From Trichomonas gallinae (Eukaryota): DNA of 40,436 bases. The DNA lies in the NCBI GenBank assembly GCA_008369845.1, contig MRSU01010335.1:1-40436 (forward strand), written 5' to 3'. Made by a program: the position numbers and the translations under genes. The notes under the pieces were generated by a model. The model ran no database searches, was not told where the DNA came from, and worked only from the letters and a program-made list of their open reading frames with translations. Positions 18,599 through 28,778 of the stretch are shown here, piece after piece; within the stretch, counting starts at the first letter, position 1, and every line of letters begins with the position of its first letter.

Positions 18599-19990
18599 TT
18601 ATTCTTCCAATATTTTTTCAATTTCTTGGGCCATTGCTACTGCTTTCTGACACTCTTCTGATTTAGTTTCGAAACTTAAAATATTTTCTAGTGCATCACT
18701 AAATGCTTCACTCTGCAGACATGATTCGAACTTGAAGAACAAGGGCGGTTTTTCTATAGATCTTTGATGCAAGTAATTCAAAAACATTTCCAAAATCGGA
18801 ATCATTTCTTCATCGAAATCAAGACACAGCAATTCAACAATCTTATCAAGGAACACTGCATCTTCGCGATTAACGAAGTCAACAACTGTTTTCATTCGAT
18901 TATATTTAACAATTAAAGTAAATAAATTTGCTGAAAGAACAGTTGATAGAAATGAGTCAGACATGCGAGTAATTACATCTGTGGCTAATGGCTCTAATGT
19001 TATTGCTTCAATGAATGCTGGAGAAGCTCTTGAAAGCTGGATTAATAATCTAAAAGCTAATTCATGGTAATTGTTAATATCATGGCAAAACATTGAATGA
19101 CACAATGATACTATATTAAGCTGCAAAAACATTTCCGCTGTTTCTTCAGAAATTGCTGCTAAAATTAAATTTATTGAACTTTCGAATGCAAGAAAGTTAA
19201 ATCCGAGAGATTTTTCAATCAAATACGGGAAAATATTGTCACGAAGAGTCAAATCTAGTATTTCAGGAAATATCGATCTATAATATTCGAGAACTGGAGC
19301 AGTGAACTTCCCGACATTAAATACAAACTTATTGGTGGCTTCGTATATATGTCGTGCAAAATTTAAGCCTTGTGGCGCAATTTCGGGAGTTTGTGTAATA
19401 TCTGAAATTGTTGTCATTAAGCGAAGAGCTGAGTTGAACTCATAATCTTCTTGTTTGCTTGTGATAATATCGACGATTTTTGAAAATATATCTGCTTGAA
19501 TAAAGTCTGAAATGTGTTCTGGATATTTCTTGATAAAATCATTAATCTTGTAGATGATATCATCTGTTGTAGCGTTTTGAGAGATCGTTTGTATGAGTTC
19601 TTTTGTAATTATTGCATCTTTCGTGTCTGGAAAGAAGATAAATAAGTTTAATAATAGTAAAATAGATTGCTGAGAGATATTCTCGTCTGTTTGGCCTGCT
19701 AAAAAGACCAGTCGTTGATAAAATTCTGGTTCTGGTTTTGGAATCGTACAAACTCCTGAGACAAAGAGTAATGAAGCCTGCGAAAGCTGCATGCTGACAA
19801 TATCCGCGTTATCTGACATGATTCCTTCTTGTAATTCGGCTAAAATTTCATTTGAGCCAATATTTAAAATGTCTTTAAATTGATCAATACTAGGTGCATT
19901 AGGTTTGTTGTCGCGTGAAGGTTTTGAATTAAAGCTAGGAATTAAACTTTCTCGTTTTTTTTCGGGATTGAAAAATTGGAAATCGGACAA
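18599..19990 (-). CDS. Hypothetical ARM/HEAT-like helical repeat protein (start uncertain: TTG 19990 or ATG 19819)
   Basis: 463-codon ORF, Leu/Ile-rich amphipathic helices; ends in TAAA. Confidence 0.75.
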   Translation of the reverse strand: MSDFQFFNPEKKRESLIPSFNSKPSRDNKPNAPSIDQFKDILNIGSNEILAELQEGIMSDNADIVSMQLSQASLLFVSGVCTIPKPEPEFYQRLVFLAGQTDENISQQSILLLLNLFIFFPDTKDAIITKELIQTISQNATTDDIIYKINDFIKKYPEHISDFIQADIFSKIVDIITSKQEDYEFNSALRLMTTISDITQTPEIAPQGLNFARHIYEATNKFVFNVGKFTAPVLEYYRSIFPEILDLTLRDNIFPYLIEKSLGFNFLAFESSINLILAAISEETAEMFLQLNIVSLCHSMFCHDINNYHELAFRLLIQLSRASPAFIEAITLEPLATDVITRMSDSFLSTVLSANLFTLIVKYNRMKTVVDFVNREDAVFLDKIVELLCLDFDEEMIPILEMFLNYLHQRSIEKPPLFFKFESCLQSEAFSDALENILSFETKSEECQKAVAMAQEIEKILEE

Positions 19991-20081
19991 AATATAAAAA
20001 TGATTTGAAATATAAAAAGAAAAGATGAAAAATAAAGGTTTTATAAAGAAAAAATATACAAATAAAGAAAAAACTAAAGCA

Positions 20082-21149
20082 TCAATGAAGCTTTGATCTA
20101 AGGATATGAGCTGCTAACTCATCTTCATCTAAAGTCATAGTTGTCGCTGGGATTAAAGAGTCGCTAGATGATTTTTGTTCCATCCTCTTTAATTCGAAAG
20201 CCATCTGTGCATTTTCAGCTCGCAGTATTGCCGCTTTTTGTTTAAGACGCTCTATTTCATCGCTTATATTTATTGATGGGCCTTCTGGTGCTACTTTATT
20301 CAATCTTTGTAACTGCGCGAGTTCTTTTGATTTTGTTGATATATTCTTCTTTAGATCTTTAATTTCATCAAGTAATTGACCACTTTCTGTCTCTAACTCG
20401 TTAGTATTCGAATTTATGGAATCAACAGAATCTTGTAGTTGGGCTAAAGACTCATTAGCTTCACCCTGCTGATTAGTAAGCTGCTCGTTCTCTTCTATGG
20501 CATTCTGATAAGCCTGGCGAAGCGAATATAACTGATTTTCGTGCTCTTTGATTGAGCTTTGTAACTTTGAGAAATCTTCTTCGAATTTAATATCATCGTG
20601 AGTTTCTTTTTCTTTAGCTGCTTCTAGACGAGATTCGCAAGAGTTAACGCATTCATTCCATTGTTTCTTGAACTGTGCGTTTTCCTGCTTCAATCCTGAA
20701 AGAATGAACGACAAGGAGTCGAGTTTGGCATCAATAACTCTTTTAAGTTTGTCCAATTCTACTGGAGCAGAATCGATATTCGAAGGAGAAGCATTAAACG
20801 TATTTGTTTGCATTTCATGAAGTAGCTTTGCGTATTCTTGATTGCCTTGTGACATCGAGAAGTCTGGCTTTTGAGATTTCAAACGATAAATTTCTTCTTT
20901 AATGGCGTTATTTTCTTCAACAAATTTCTGATATGATTGATATGCTCTGCCTGTATCTATTCTTCCTGATGATGGAGAATTAGAAGAACGCGAAGATGAA
21001 TTCATAATTCTCTGTTTTTGTTCAAAATAGCGCGAAACTATCGTTTTGTCGGATAGTGATGAAATAATCTTCTCAGCAAGTTCAAGTGAAGCCTCGTAAG
21101 GATCCCTGGCTTGTCCTGACGTGTTAAAAGAACTCGACAAGTTACTCAT
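20082..21149 (-). CDS. Hypothetical coiled-coil protein
   Basis: Long heptad-rich ORF. Start placed at MSNLSS (21149), where composition becomes coding-like; 21173 is an alternative. Confidence 0.8.
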   Translation of the reverse strand: MSNLSSSFNTSGQARDPYEASLELAEKIISSLSDKTIVSRYFEQKQRIMNSSSRSSNSPSSGRIDTGRAYQSYQKFVEENNAIKEEIYRLKSQKPDFSMSQGNQEYAKLLHEMQTNTFNASPSNIDSAPVELDKLKRVIDAKLDSLSFILSGLKQENAQFKKQWNECVNSCESRLEAAKEKETHDDIKFEEDFSKLQSSIKEHENQLYSLRQAYQNAIEENEQLTNQQGEANESLAQLQDSVDSINSNTNELETESGQLLDEIKDLKKNISTKSKELAQLQRLNKVAPEGPSINISDEIERLKQKAAILRAENAQMAFELKRMEQKSSSDSLIPATTMTLDEDELAAHILRSKLH

Positions 21150-21834
21150 TGACCGTTTTCTAATTTTTTTCATAAATTTTGGCAACCTATTTTTGTTGTT
21201 GATTATGATTATATACATGTTATTTACCCATTTTCGCTAATAAAATCAGTCATTTGACTAATTTGACATTTTGTCATGTAAAATTTCATATTTGTCACTT
21301 TGTAAATAACGAGTTTAATTTTTCTAAGGATTTTGTCATCATTAATTAATTTCAATTGCACTTTATCACTGAAATTGCCCAAAAAGATTCCGAACTGCTG
21401 TTAATTTTTGAAGTGCAAGCAATTCTATTTTCATCACAACAATGAAGCCAAAATCAATGCTGTTTTGGTGTCATTCTTTTTTGCATTGATATTAAGTTAT
21501 TGTTTGGAGTATGTGGAACTTCAAAATAACTAAATAATGAAGTTAAGTCTTTGATATTACTATTTTATTCATCGACATCATTTCTGGAATTACAACAACT
21601 TATTTTGTATCTTTACAATGATTATTTAATGAAGAGAGAATCAAATCTTTCTGGTTGTTATGACTTTTGCATTGATATAAGAACTCTGAGAAAGGATTTC
21701 ATCATAATTTTTATATTCTTGTCTGATAGAGATGTCTATCTCGCACATATACATGCCCTGGAAACCCCTTGTTGAAAAATCACAAAATCTTGGATTTGTT
21801 ATAGAGTAAATCACAGAGATTTTAAACAAACAAA

Positions 21835-23133
21835 TTACATTGATTTATAATCATATAAAACCTGCTCAAGGAACAATCTATCTTCGTCAAGTTTTGACTC
21901 TTCCATGCCAGTGTCAAGGTATTGGTGAAGATAAGCGCCAGATTCCATCATATTGTGGAATTTTTGCAACAAATCATTTAGTGGATCAACAATGACTTGC
22001 GAGTTGACCATAGCAGTTGTGTACTGATCATATCCGAGGAATTTTCGCGTGCTGGTTGAGACAAGCAAAGGATCATCATTATCAGAAGGGAAGAAATGCT
22101 GGCACTTCATTATATCATGATTTAACATGTATCTCTTCGCCTCATTTGTTTCTATTCCTCTGAAAACTGTCCAAATCGCATCGCATTTCTTTATTGGCAT
22201 CTTACTGCGTGGATCTGTGACTTGTCTTATCTGCCTGATGCTATGGCCAGTAAAATTGCCCGTGGCAACCATGGAAATAATGTTGTCAATAAGTGAGCTC
22301 CAATTATAATTTGAAAATCCGTGAGCTCTGTCAGATTCTATTGGATATCCAAATATATGCAGCAATCTTCTTGTCGGAATTTGCACTAAATGAGAGAGAG
22401 GCTGGCTCCAGAGTGGAACTGTACATAATTCGTAAGAAGGAAGGAGCAAACCTGTTAAATTCTTCGAGAAAATATCATTCATATCTGCTAGTGTAACATT
22501 TTCAGCGCCTTTTTGGATAGATGCGATCGCGTGAAGTGTATCGTTGTAAGTTACAGTGACAGCGTCGCTATTCTTAATCAGTGTTGACAAAGAAAGGACA
22601 GAGTTATAGTTTTGAACCATAACACCGCCTGTTGTGTATGGCCAAACGACATTATTTACGATTTGGGCTCTTGGTCCAAAAGTATCACGTACACACTCAG
22701 TGATTCTTGATCCAAGGCCACTACCGGTGCCACCACCGAGAGATTGGAAGAATAAAAATCCTCCGAATCGATCGCATTTTTCTGCTTGATGCTGAAGACG
22801 AACCATGACTTCGCTTGTAGCAGCGAATCCATTTTTATCGTAACCGTATGCCCAGTTATTTCCTGAGCCGCATCCTTGTGCCCAAACTGAGCACGCATCG
22901 TATTTCCAGTTTCTTGTTGCGAATTTATCACTTACAATTGTGTTAACAGCCTTGCTTTCTGTGTCAATGAGAACTGTGCGCGCAATATACTGACGATCTT
23001 CAGTTTCGTAAAATAATCTTCGGTAAGCGTCTTGATCAACAAAGTTCTGGGCCTCTCGCATGTAGTTCTCGGTAAATGACGAGGCCATTTGGACGCCACA
23101 TTGACCAACACCGCATGCAATTAGCTGCGTCAT
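21835..23133 (-). CDS. TUBD1: Delta-tubulin
   Basis: GQCGVQ, ARTVLIDTESK, GSGNNWAYGY, GGGTGSG, VWPY..G.V.VQNYN and GAYLHQY motifs; no acidic C-terminal tail. Confidence 0.92.
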   Translation of the reverse strand: MTQLIACGVGQCGVQMASSFTENYMREAQNFVDQDAYRRLFYETEDRQYIARTVLIDTESKAVNTIVSDKFATRNWKYDACSVWAQGCGSGNNWAYGYDKNGFAATSEVMVRLQHQAEKCDRFGGFLFFQSLGGGTGSGLGSRITECVRDTFGPRAQIVNNVVWPYTTGGVMVQNYNSVLSLSTLIKNSDAVTVTYNDTLHAIASIQKGAENVTLADMNDIFSKNLTGLLLPSYELCTVPLWSQPLSHLVQIPTRRLLHIFGYPIESDRAHGFSNYNWSSLIDNIISMVATGNFTGHSIRQIRQVTDPRSKMPIKKCDAIWTVFRGIETNEAKRYMLNHDIMKCQHFFPSDNDDPLLVSTSTRKFLGYDQYTTAMVNSQVIVDPLNDLLQKFHNMMESGAYLHQYLDTGMEESKLDEDRLFLEQVLYDYKSM

Positions 23134-23695
23134 TTTTAGTAGCCGTTTAAAAATAATTTGTGATATTTACACGACAAATACAATTTTTACACGACATATT
23201 TTCATTACAAACTTTGTATTACAAATATTACCTTAACACTGTGAGCTAAAATAACAGTCCTGCTCCATCATATGGAGTAGATTTATGATGAACCTATCTC
23301 ATATTTACATTGGATGTTATTTTAGGAAAATTCTATTTGACAAATCCTTTTTCTTCGATACTACAATTTTACAATGAAACTCATTCAATTATAAGCAAAT
23401 TAATGTGCTAAAAGCCAAAATTGCGGTTTCAAGTACTTATATAGTATTCGAAACTTTGACAAATCGATATTTGCAAAACATTTTACTTTTTCTTTTTGAG
23501 TCAACATATGAACCAATTGTCAATGATCTAAGTGGCTGTATTATGAAGTATTGAAATAAAAAACACGTTTTTAACAATGCCGCACCATTATAAATCATCT
23601 TGATGCAAAAAAGTATTTTTGTCATTTTGCTATTTTACGCGATAATATTAATGTTTACGCGACATAACGTGTTTACATGTCAAAATAATTCAGTC

Positions 23696-25084
23696 ATGAT
23701 TTCCAATCTAGTAGCCGAGGATGTTGAATATGAAGCAGATAGATTTGAAGTAAGAAACAAGTTCCAATACAATATAGCCGCAATGGTATCAGAAGCAATC
23801 TACGCTTTATTGGAAACTCCTGATGAAATTCTTAAAATTGAAAAATTAGATATCGTTTCTAATGCTATGAATGCAAAAAGTAAGACTGCATTTCCAAATG
23901 AACTCATCTCACAGGATTTCCTTAAAGAAATATATAGCTTGGCATTTAAGACGCATGACCATCCACTTTCACTAACAGCATTACGTTTCATACATGATGT
24001 TATTGCACGTAATGATGAATTTGATCTCGATATTGTTAAAGCTTGCGATATTAATTCAATTATCACGCTTCATAATTACATTGGAGGTGCAACAAAGCAA
24101 GAAATAGAAATGATATTCTCAATACTTTCTCATTTTATTCGTAGAAGAAGAGATTTTGCAGAATTAATTATTGAAACATTTCCATTTTCAGAGATAACAA
24201 CAAGTCTCCCCACCGACAATGATAATTTGTTCAATTTAAGTGCATTCACCCATGCAATTTGTTATCAATTCAATAATATTGAAATAATTGCTCCTTTTTA
24301 CCAATTCGCTTTTGCCAATTTAGCTGTAAATATTATTGAGAAACGAGATATAGAAACAGTTTATAATTTTGTATCTTCCATCCATGAAATAACAAACAAA
24401 AACATAGATTTTCTTGCAATTTCACCTCAGCCTGAAGAAGTCTCTAGTTTGCTTGCAATTGCATATAAAGCCAAAAAGCTCAAGGTTAGGATAATGGTTA
24501 TCGAGATTCTTCAAAAATTTTACACTTTGACTCATAAATCAAAATTATTTTCAGTTTTCACGCCAAAAATCTTAATCAATCGCATTTCATGCCCAATCTA
24601 TGAGGATAAAAACAACACTGTGCTCACCACAAGAGCAATGGAGTTATTAACTGAAGTAATTACATCCGGAAAATATTCTTTCACCCCAGAATCGGCTTTC
24701 ATGGATAATCTTAGAGTTTTGATCAATTGCAACACTTTGGAAGAGAGATTTGCAGCTCTTAAGCTTATTACAGCATTGGTTGAATACGGAGAACACGCAA
24801 CGAAACTTAATTTCCTGCATTCTTTTAACAAACACGTCTTGGAGTTCCTTGAGAGTGATAACAATGATTATCTTTTGTATGCACTAAGATACGCAATGTC
24901 TATGTGCATGTTTGCTCGACCACAAGGAAAAATTGATGTGATTATTAATGATCTTGATGAATACAAAGATATTATCGGTGAAATTGCTATGGAACATGAA
25001 GATTGGATGATACACGGATTTGCTAAAGCACTTGATCAATTTATTAACGATATTGAAAATCCAGAAGTTGAAGAATTTGAATGA
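23696..25084 (+). CDS. Hypothetical ARM/HEAT-like repeat protein
   Basis: Long helical Leu/Ile-rich ORF. Start placed at MISNLV (23696); the upstream extension overlaps promoter motifs. Confidence 0.75.
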   Translation: MISNLVAEDVEYEADRFEVRNKFQYNIAAMVSEAIYALLETPDEILKIEKLDIVSNAMNAKSKTAFPNELISQDFLKEIYSLAFKTHDHPLSLTALRFIHDVIARNDEFDLDIVKACDINSIITLHNYIGGATKQEIEMIFSILSHFIRRRRDFAELIIETFPFSEITTSLPTDNDNLFNLSAFTHAICYQFNNIEIIAPFYQFAFANLAVNIIEKRDIETVYNFVSSIHEITNKNIDFLAISPQPEEVSSLLAIAYKAKKLKVRIMVIEILQKFYTLTHKSKLFSVFTPKILINRISCPIYEDKNNTVLTTRAMELLTEVITSGKYSFTPESAFMDNLRVLINCNTLEERFAALKLITALVEYGEHATKLNFLHSFNKHVLEFLESDNNDYLLYALRYAMSMCMFARPQGKIDVIINDLDEYKDIIGEIAMEHEDWMIHGFAKALDQFINDIENPEVEEFE

Positions 25085-25957
25085 AAACGTAATACATATG
25101 TTGAAGGATATTAATGAGACTTACGTTAAGAAAGGTTCTTTCAAATGCTAAGGACTAAAAAAAGAAGAACACTTACCACATAACTATAGTTTAAGATAAG
25201 ATTGCTCTATTCGTGAAAATACTGCAATCGAAAATGAAAGAATTCGGAGTCGAAGAAGTTTAGCTTAAAATCGTTTGCCCAGCATTTACACACCACCAAA
25301 ACAATAGTTTATATCATTGTATGTAATATAAAATTAAAATTTGGTAGCAAATCATTATTAAAAGTATTATAATGTGAGGTGAAGAGAATTTATGACATGT
25401 AAAATCAAAATATTTGACATAAAAAATCGGATTCCATCAAACAGAAATGTTTATTTATTTAATCTAATATCATTTTTAATAAAAAATTTGCGAAAAGGAG
25501 GATAAAAAGCGACATATTTTAAAATCTTTGACACGTAATCTTGGAAATCCGACATGTAAATAAAATATGTCAAAAAATACGATTAAGAATTGGGCATTGA
25601 TACTTTGATATGTTCACATTCAATAGGAGTAAAAACAAATGTAATAATCTTTGGCCGCTATGATTGTGAATATAAATTTACTGAATAAGAAAAGAAAAAA
25701 TTTGCGCGATAAAATTAATTAATATGTTTTATAGACGCGATAAATGAATTATCGAAATTGAGAGAAAGACGATCAAAACGATGACTCACCATAAAAAAAA
25801 ATCGTATAATAGGGGAAAAGGATTAAAAGATAGAATCAGTATGCGGAGCAGTATATGAATTAGTACTTAAAACAGAGGACAATTTGGAAAAAAACGTAAA
25901 TAATTTGAAATTTGATGAAAAAGGAATTATTTATAATGGCAGCACGATTGAAATAGT

Positions 25958-26908
25958 TTATTTCTTCTTTGGAGCAACCTTGCCCTTGATCTCTTCGACC
26001 TTTGGCTGGTTGATGGCAGCACGGACCTTGAAGAAGGCCTTGCGTGTTTCCTCGAGGATTGTGAACTGGAGGGCAGCGAATGGGACGACCTTGATGAGGT
26101 TGAGGCCAACACCACGGTAAAGTCCTGGAACACCTTCCTTGTTGTAAACTGTCATGAAAGCATCGATCATGCCGTTGTAGATTGGCTTGCCCTTTTCATC
26201 CTTGAGCATCATGCGCTTCCTGATGACATCGAATGGATATGAGAATGTCTGTGAGAACATACCGGCAGCAGCACCGATAAGGCAGTTAGCGAATGGTGAG
26301 ATTGGCTTGCCTGGAGCGATTCTTGTTGTGTAGAGCTGCTTAAGGCCGCCATAAGCGTAGAACTGAGCGCCCTCGTATGGGATAACACCCATAACTGTTG
26401 GGACGATACCAGCGTAGAGGGAAGAGAAGCCTTCCTCCTTCATCATTGTGAAAGCGCAGTTGAAGATACCTGTGTACTTGCCTGGGTAGACTGTGATTCT
26501 TGTGCGGATAACGTCGAGTGGGTATGTGAGAACCTGGGAGATAACACCAGAGAGTGAGCCGAAGATTGTTCTCTGGAAGCCGACGAGTGGCTTGCCCTTG
26601 CCGATGCGCTTCTCGAGTTCTTCGTATGTGTAGAACTTGATAGCGGATTGTGGGCCGAGTCTGATGCAAGCAGCCCAGTTGCCACGCCAGAAGCCAGCAA
26701 TGCCTTGCTCAGCCATGAGCTTGCTGATTGTGTCCTTGACGGAGCCACCGCGGGATGAAACCTGCATGAGCATCTTAACGACATCGAGTGGGGATGTGAG
26801 TGTGCGAGAAAGTGTACCAGCGATGAAGCCGACTGAGAGGCGCTCGACTGGGTTGAGGGATGGCTTTGGAGATGTAGCGATGAGGATCTGTTCTGCTGGC
26901 TGTGCCAT
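25958..26908 (-). CDS. Hmp31: Hydrogenosomal membrane protein 31, mitochondrial carrier family ADP/ATP carrier
   Basis: MAQPAEQILIATSPKPSL N-terminus; three Px[DE]xx[KR] repeats (PLDVVK, PLDVIR, PFDVIR); RKRMML variant of RRRMMM; 316 aa; strong codon bias. Confidence 0.95.
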   Translation of the reverse strand: MAQPAEQILIATSPKPSLNPVERLSVGFIAGTLSRTLTSPLDVVKMLMQVSSRGGSVKDTISKLMAEQGIAGFWRGNWAACIRLGPQSAIKFYTYEELEKRIGKGKPLVGFQRTIFGSLSGVISQVLTYPLDVIRTRITVYPGKYTGIFNCAFTMMKEEGFSSLYAGIVPTVMGVIPYEGAQFYAYGGLKQLYTTRIAPGKPISPFANCLIGAAAGMFSQTFSYPFDVIRKRMMLKDEKGKPIYNGMIDAFMTVYNKEGVPGLYRGVGLNLIKVVPFAALQFTILEETRKAFFKVRAAINQPKVEEIKGKVAPKKK

Positions 26909-26911
26909 AAG

Positions 26912-26957
26912 AAAGTGAAGTGAGTTTTCAATAAATATTGGTCCAATTTAACGGTTT
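26912..26957 (-). promoter_or_regulatory. Hmp31 core promoter: tandem Inr plus M3-like Myb element
   Basis: Minus strand AACCGTTA (26956-26949, fits DRCSGYTD), then TCACTTCACTTT (26923-26912) just before the ATG. Confidence 0.7.
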
Positions 26958-28778
26958 CTCTCAAACCTTTCGTTCTGCAAAGTGAGTCAATGCTTATGCT
27001 TTTTGGGCATTCCAAATTCTAAATTTGTGAATTTTTTCTCCAAAAAATGAATATATACAACGCGACTTGATATTCATTATATATAACTATTAAGAGATTC
27101 AAATAAGCGATCAGAAAAACAAAATTATGAAAAATTCGAGATTGACAAATTTCATTTCTTTTCTAAAGATTTTTAGATAAATATTGTTACTGGATGCTCG
27201 TTGATAGCACGATCAAACGTGTTTTTTTGAAAATCGTTTTTTCCAAGAAAATTTTCTATGAACCCATCATTTTTAGCGTGGAACCGAATTCTACGGCCAC
27301 TTTATCCACTCTTGTTCAGGTATGTTGGCAAGGAACTGAGGGGAGGACACTGCGGCCTGAAATGAATTGTGATATTTTCATTTTTTTTTAATGTTTATCT
27401 GATTGTATTATGTGAGACACATCTTTAGAGAAATAATAGTTCATGGGATCAAAAAACAGACGTCAAACAGCACAGAGAAGAGCGAGTTATTCGCACAGAT
27501 GGGGTATATTTTAGAGCAAGGGATTTCATAGAAAATATGGCGTTTAAAGTGGCCAATTTACGCCAAATTATGTTCATCATGATAGTATAGTTCTTGCATC
27601 TATGGTTATCTTAGTAGCCAACTTGCACATTTCCTTGTGAATAATAATTGTTACAAAAAAATATGCTGAATGATTTGCCAATTGTTCCATATTATTGGAA
27701 TCATCATTTTGGCTGGATTTATCCGCAATTATGACGTCAATTTTATGGATTGATTTTCATCTTGCGTTTATTCTTGCTTTCAGATAGTAGAGTTTCATAC
27801 CCACATGATAAGCTGCTGATATCCACTAAAACTACCCAAAGAACCGAATTATATACGATCCCTAAATTACAGAATATAGATCCCTTCGTAATAGATTCAG
27901 ATCTACCACATGAACTATAATATATTCTCTAATATGGATTCTCACTCTTTTGATTTTGAATTTCAACTCACCAATAATCGAATCTTTTTCCATAATTTTC
28001 TCCTGTGATAACTTGAATCCATATGATAATTACAAATTTTGAAGATCTACTCAATGAGACTGAAATATTTTCGAACGTGAAATTGAATTTAAAATATAAG
28101 AGTAAGATATAGATTAAAACATTATGTACATGAAATAGAATTGATTTCATTGTGTTTGAGTTCTTTTTATACATTTTTTCGGAAAAAATTAATATTACAC
28201 CCTGACATATCATTTTAAATCGTGTAATTATCACATACTGCCTATAAATGTGCTATCAGCTATCTTAGAGTTTTAGTGCATATGTCATTTTGTATTTGAT
28301 GGCTATATAAGTGCTTCATTGAAAATATAAATACCATTCTCTCTACTTATAATAGTTGTACAGCAATTTCGGATATTGCACAATTAGATAAATCTTCTTG
28401 CAGTTGTCAAATATTTTTGGGATTTTAAAAGTTTACAAGTCAAATATCTAAAATTCCTTGTCAATTATTTTCGAGGTTAAATTTACATGTCAAACTTTTT
28501 AAATCAATAGTCAAATATGTTTCGGGTTTGAATTGTTTACGTGACAGATCTTAACAAATGCATTGTCAATTTTTTGAATATTAAATAATTTACGTGTCAG
28601 ATGATTCAAAATTCCTTGTCAAATAAATTCAATTCACTTTTTGAATATATGCCAATCTGACAATGTAAATTATTTGACAAAAAAACAAGATTTATTTTAT
28701 CGATTCTCAGCAATAAGAACAACATTCTTTCAAAAACGAAACAAATTTCTGACAAATTCATTAAGGTTAATCATCCTC

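Noticed and set aside
21551..21829. Two short opposing ORFs downstream of delta-tubulin
   Set aside because: Non-ATG starts and no recognisable motif; at most decayed sequence.
25884..27015. Alternative-frame ORFs over Hmp31 (up to 190 aa)
   Set aside because: Ser/Thr-rich shadow frames from biased codon usage, mostly with non-ATG starts.
27320..27325. GTATGT 5' splice-site-like sequence
   Set aside because: No ACTAACACACAG-type or TCTAAC-type branch/3' motif seen downstream, and no flanking exons.
27281..27850. GAACCGAATT repeated at 27281 and 27841 as a possible target-site duplication
   Set aside because: No terminal inverted repeats or transposase between the copies.
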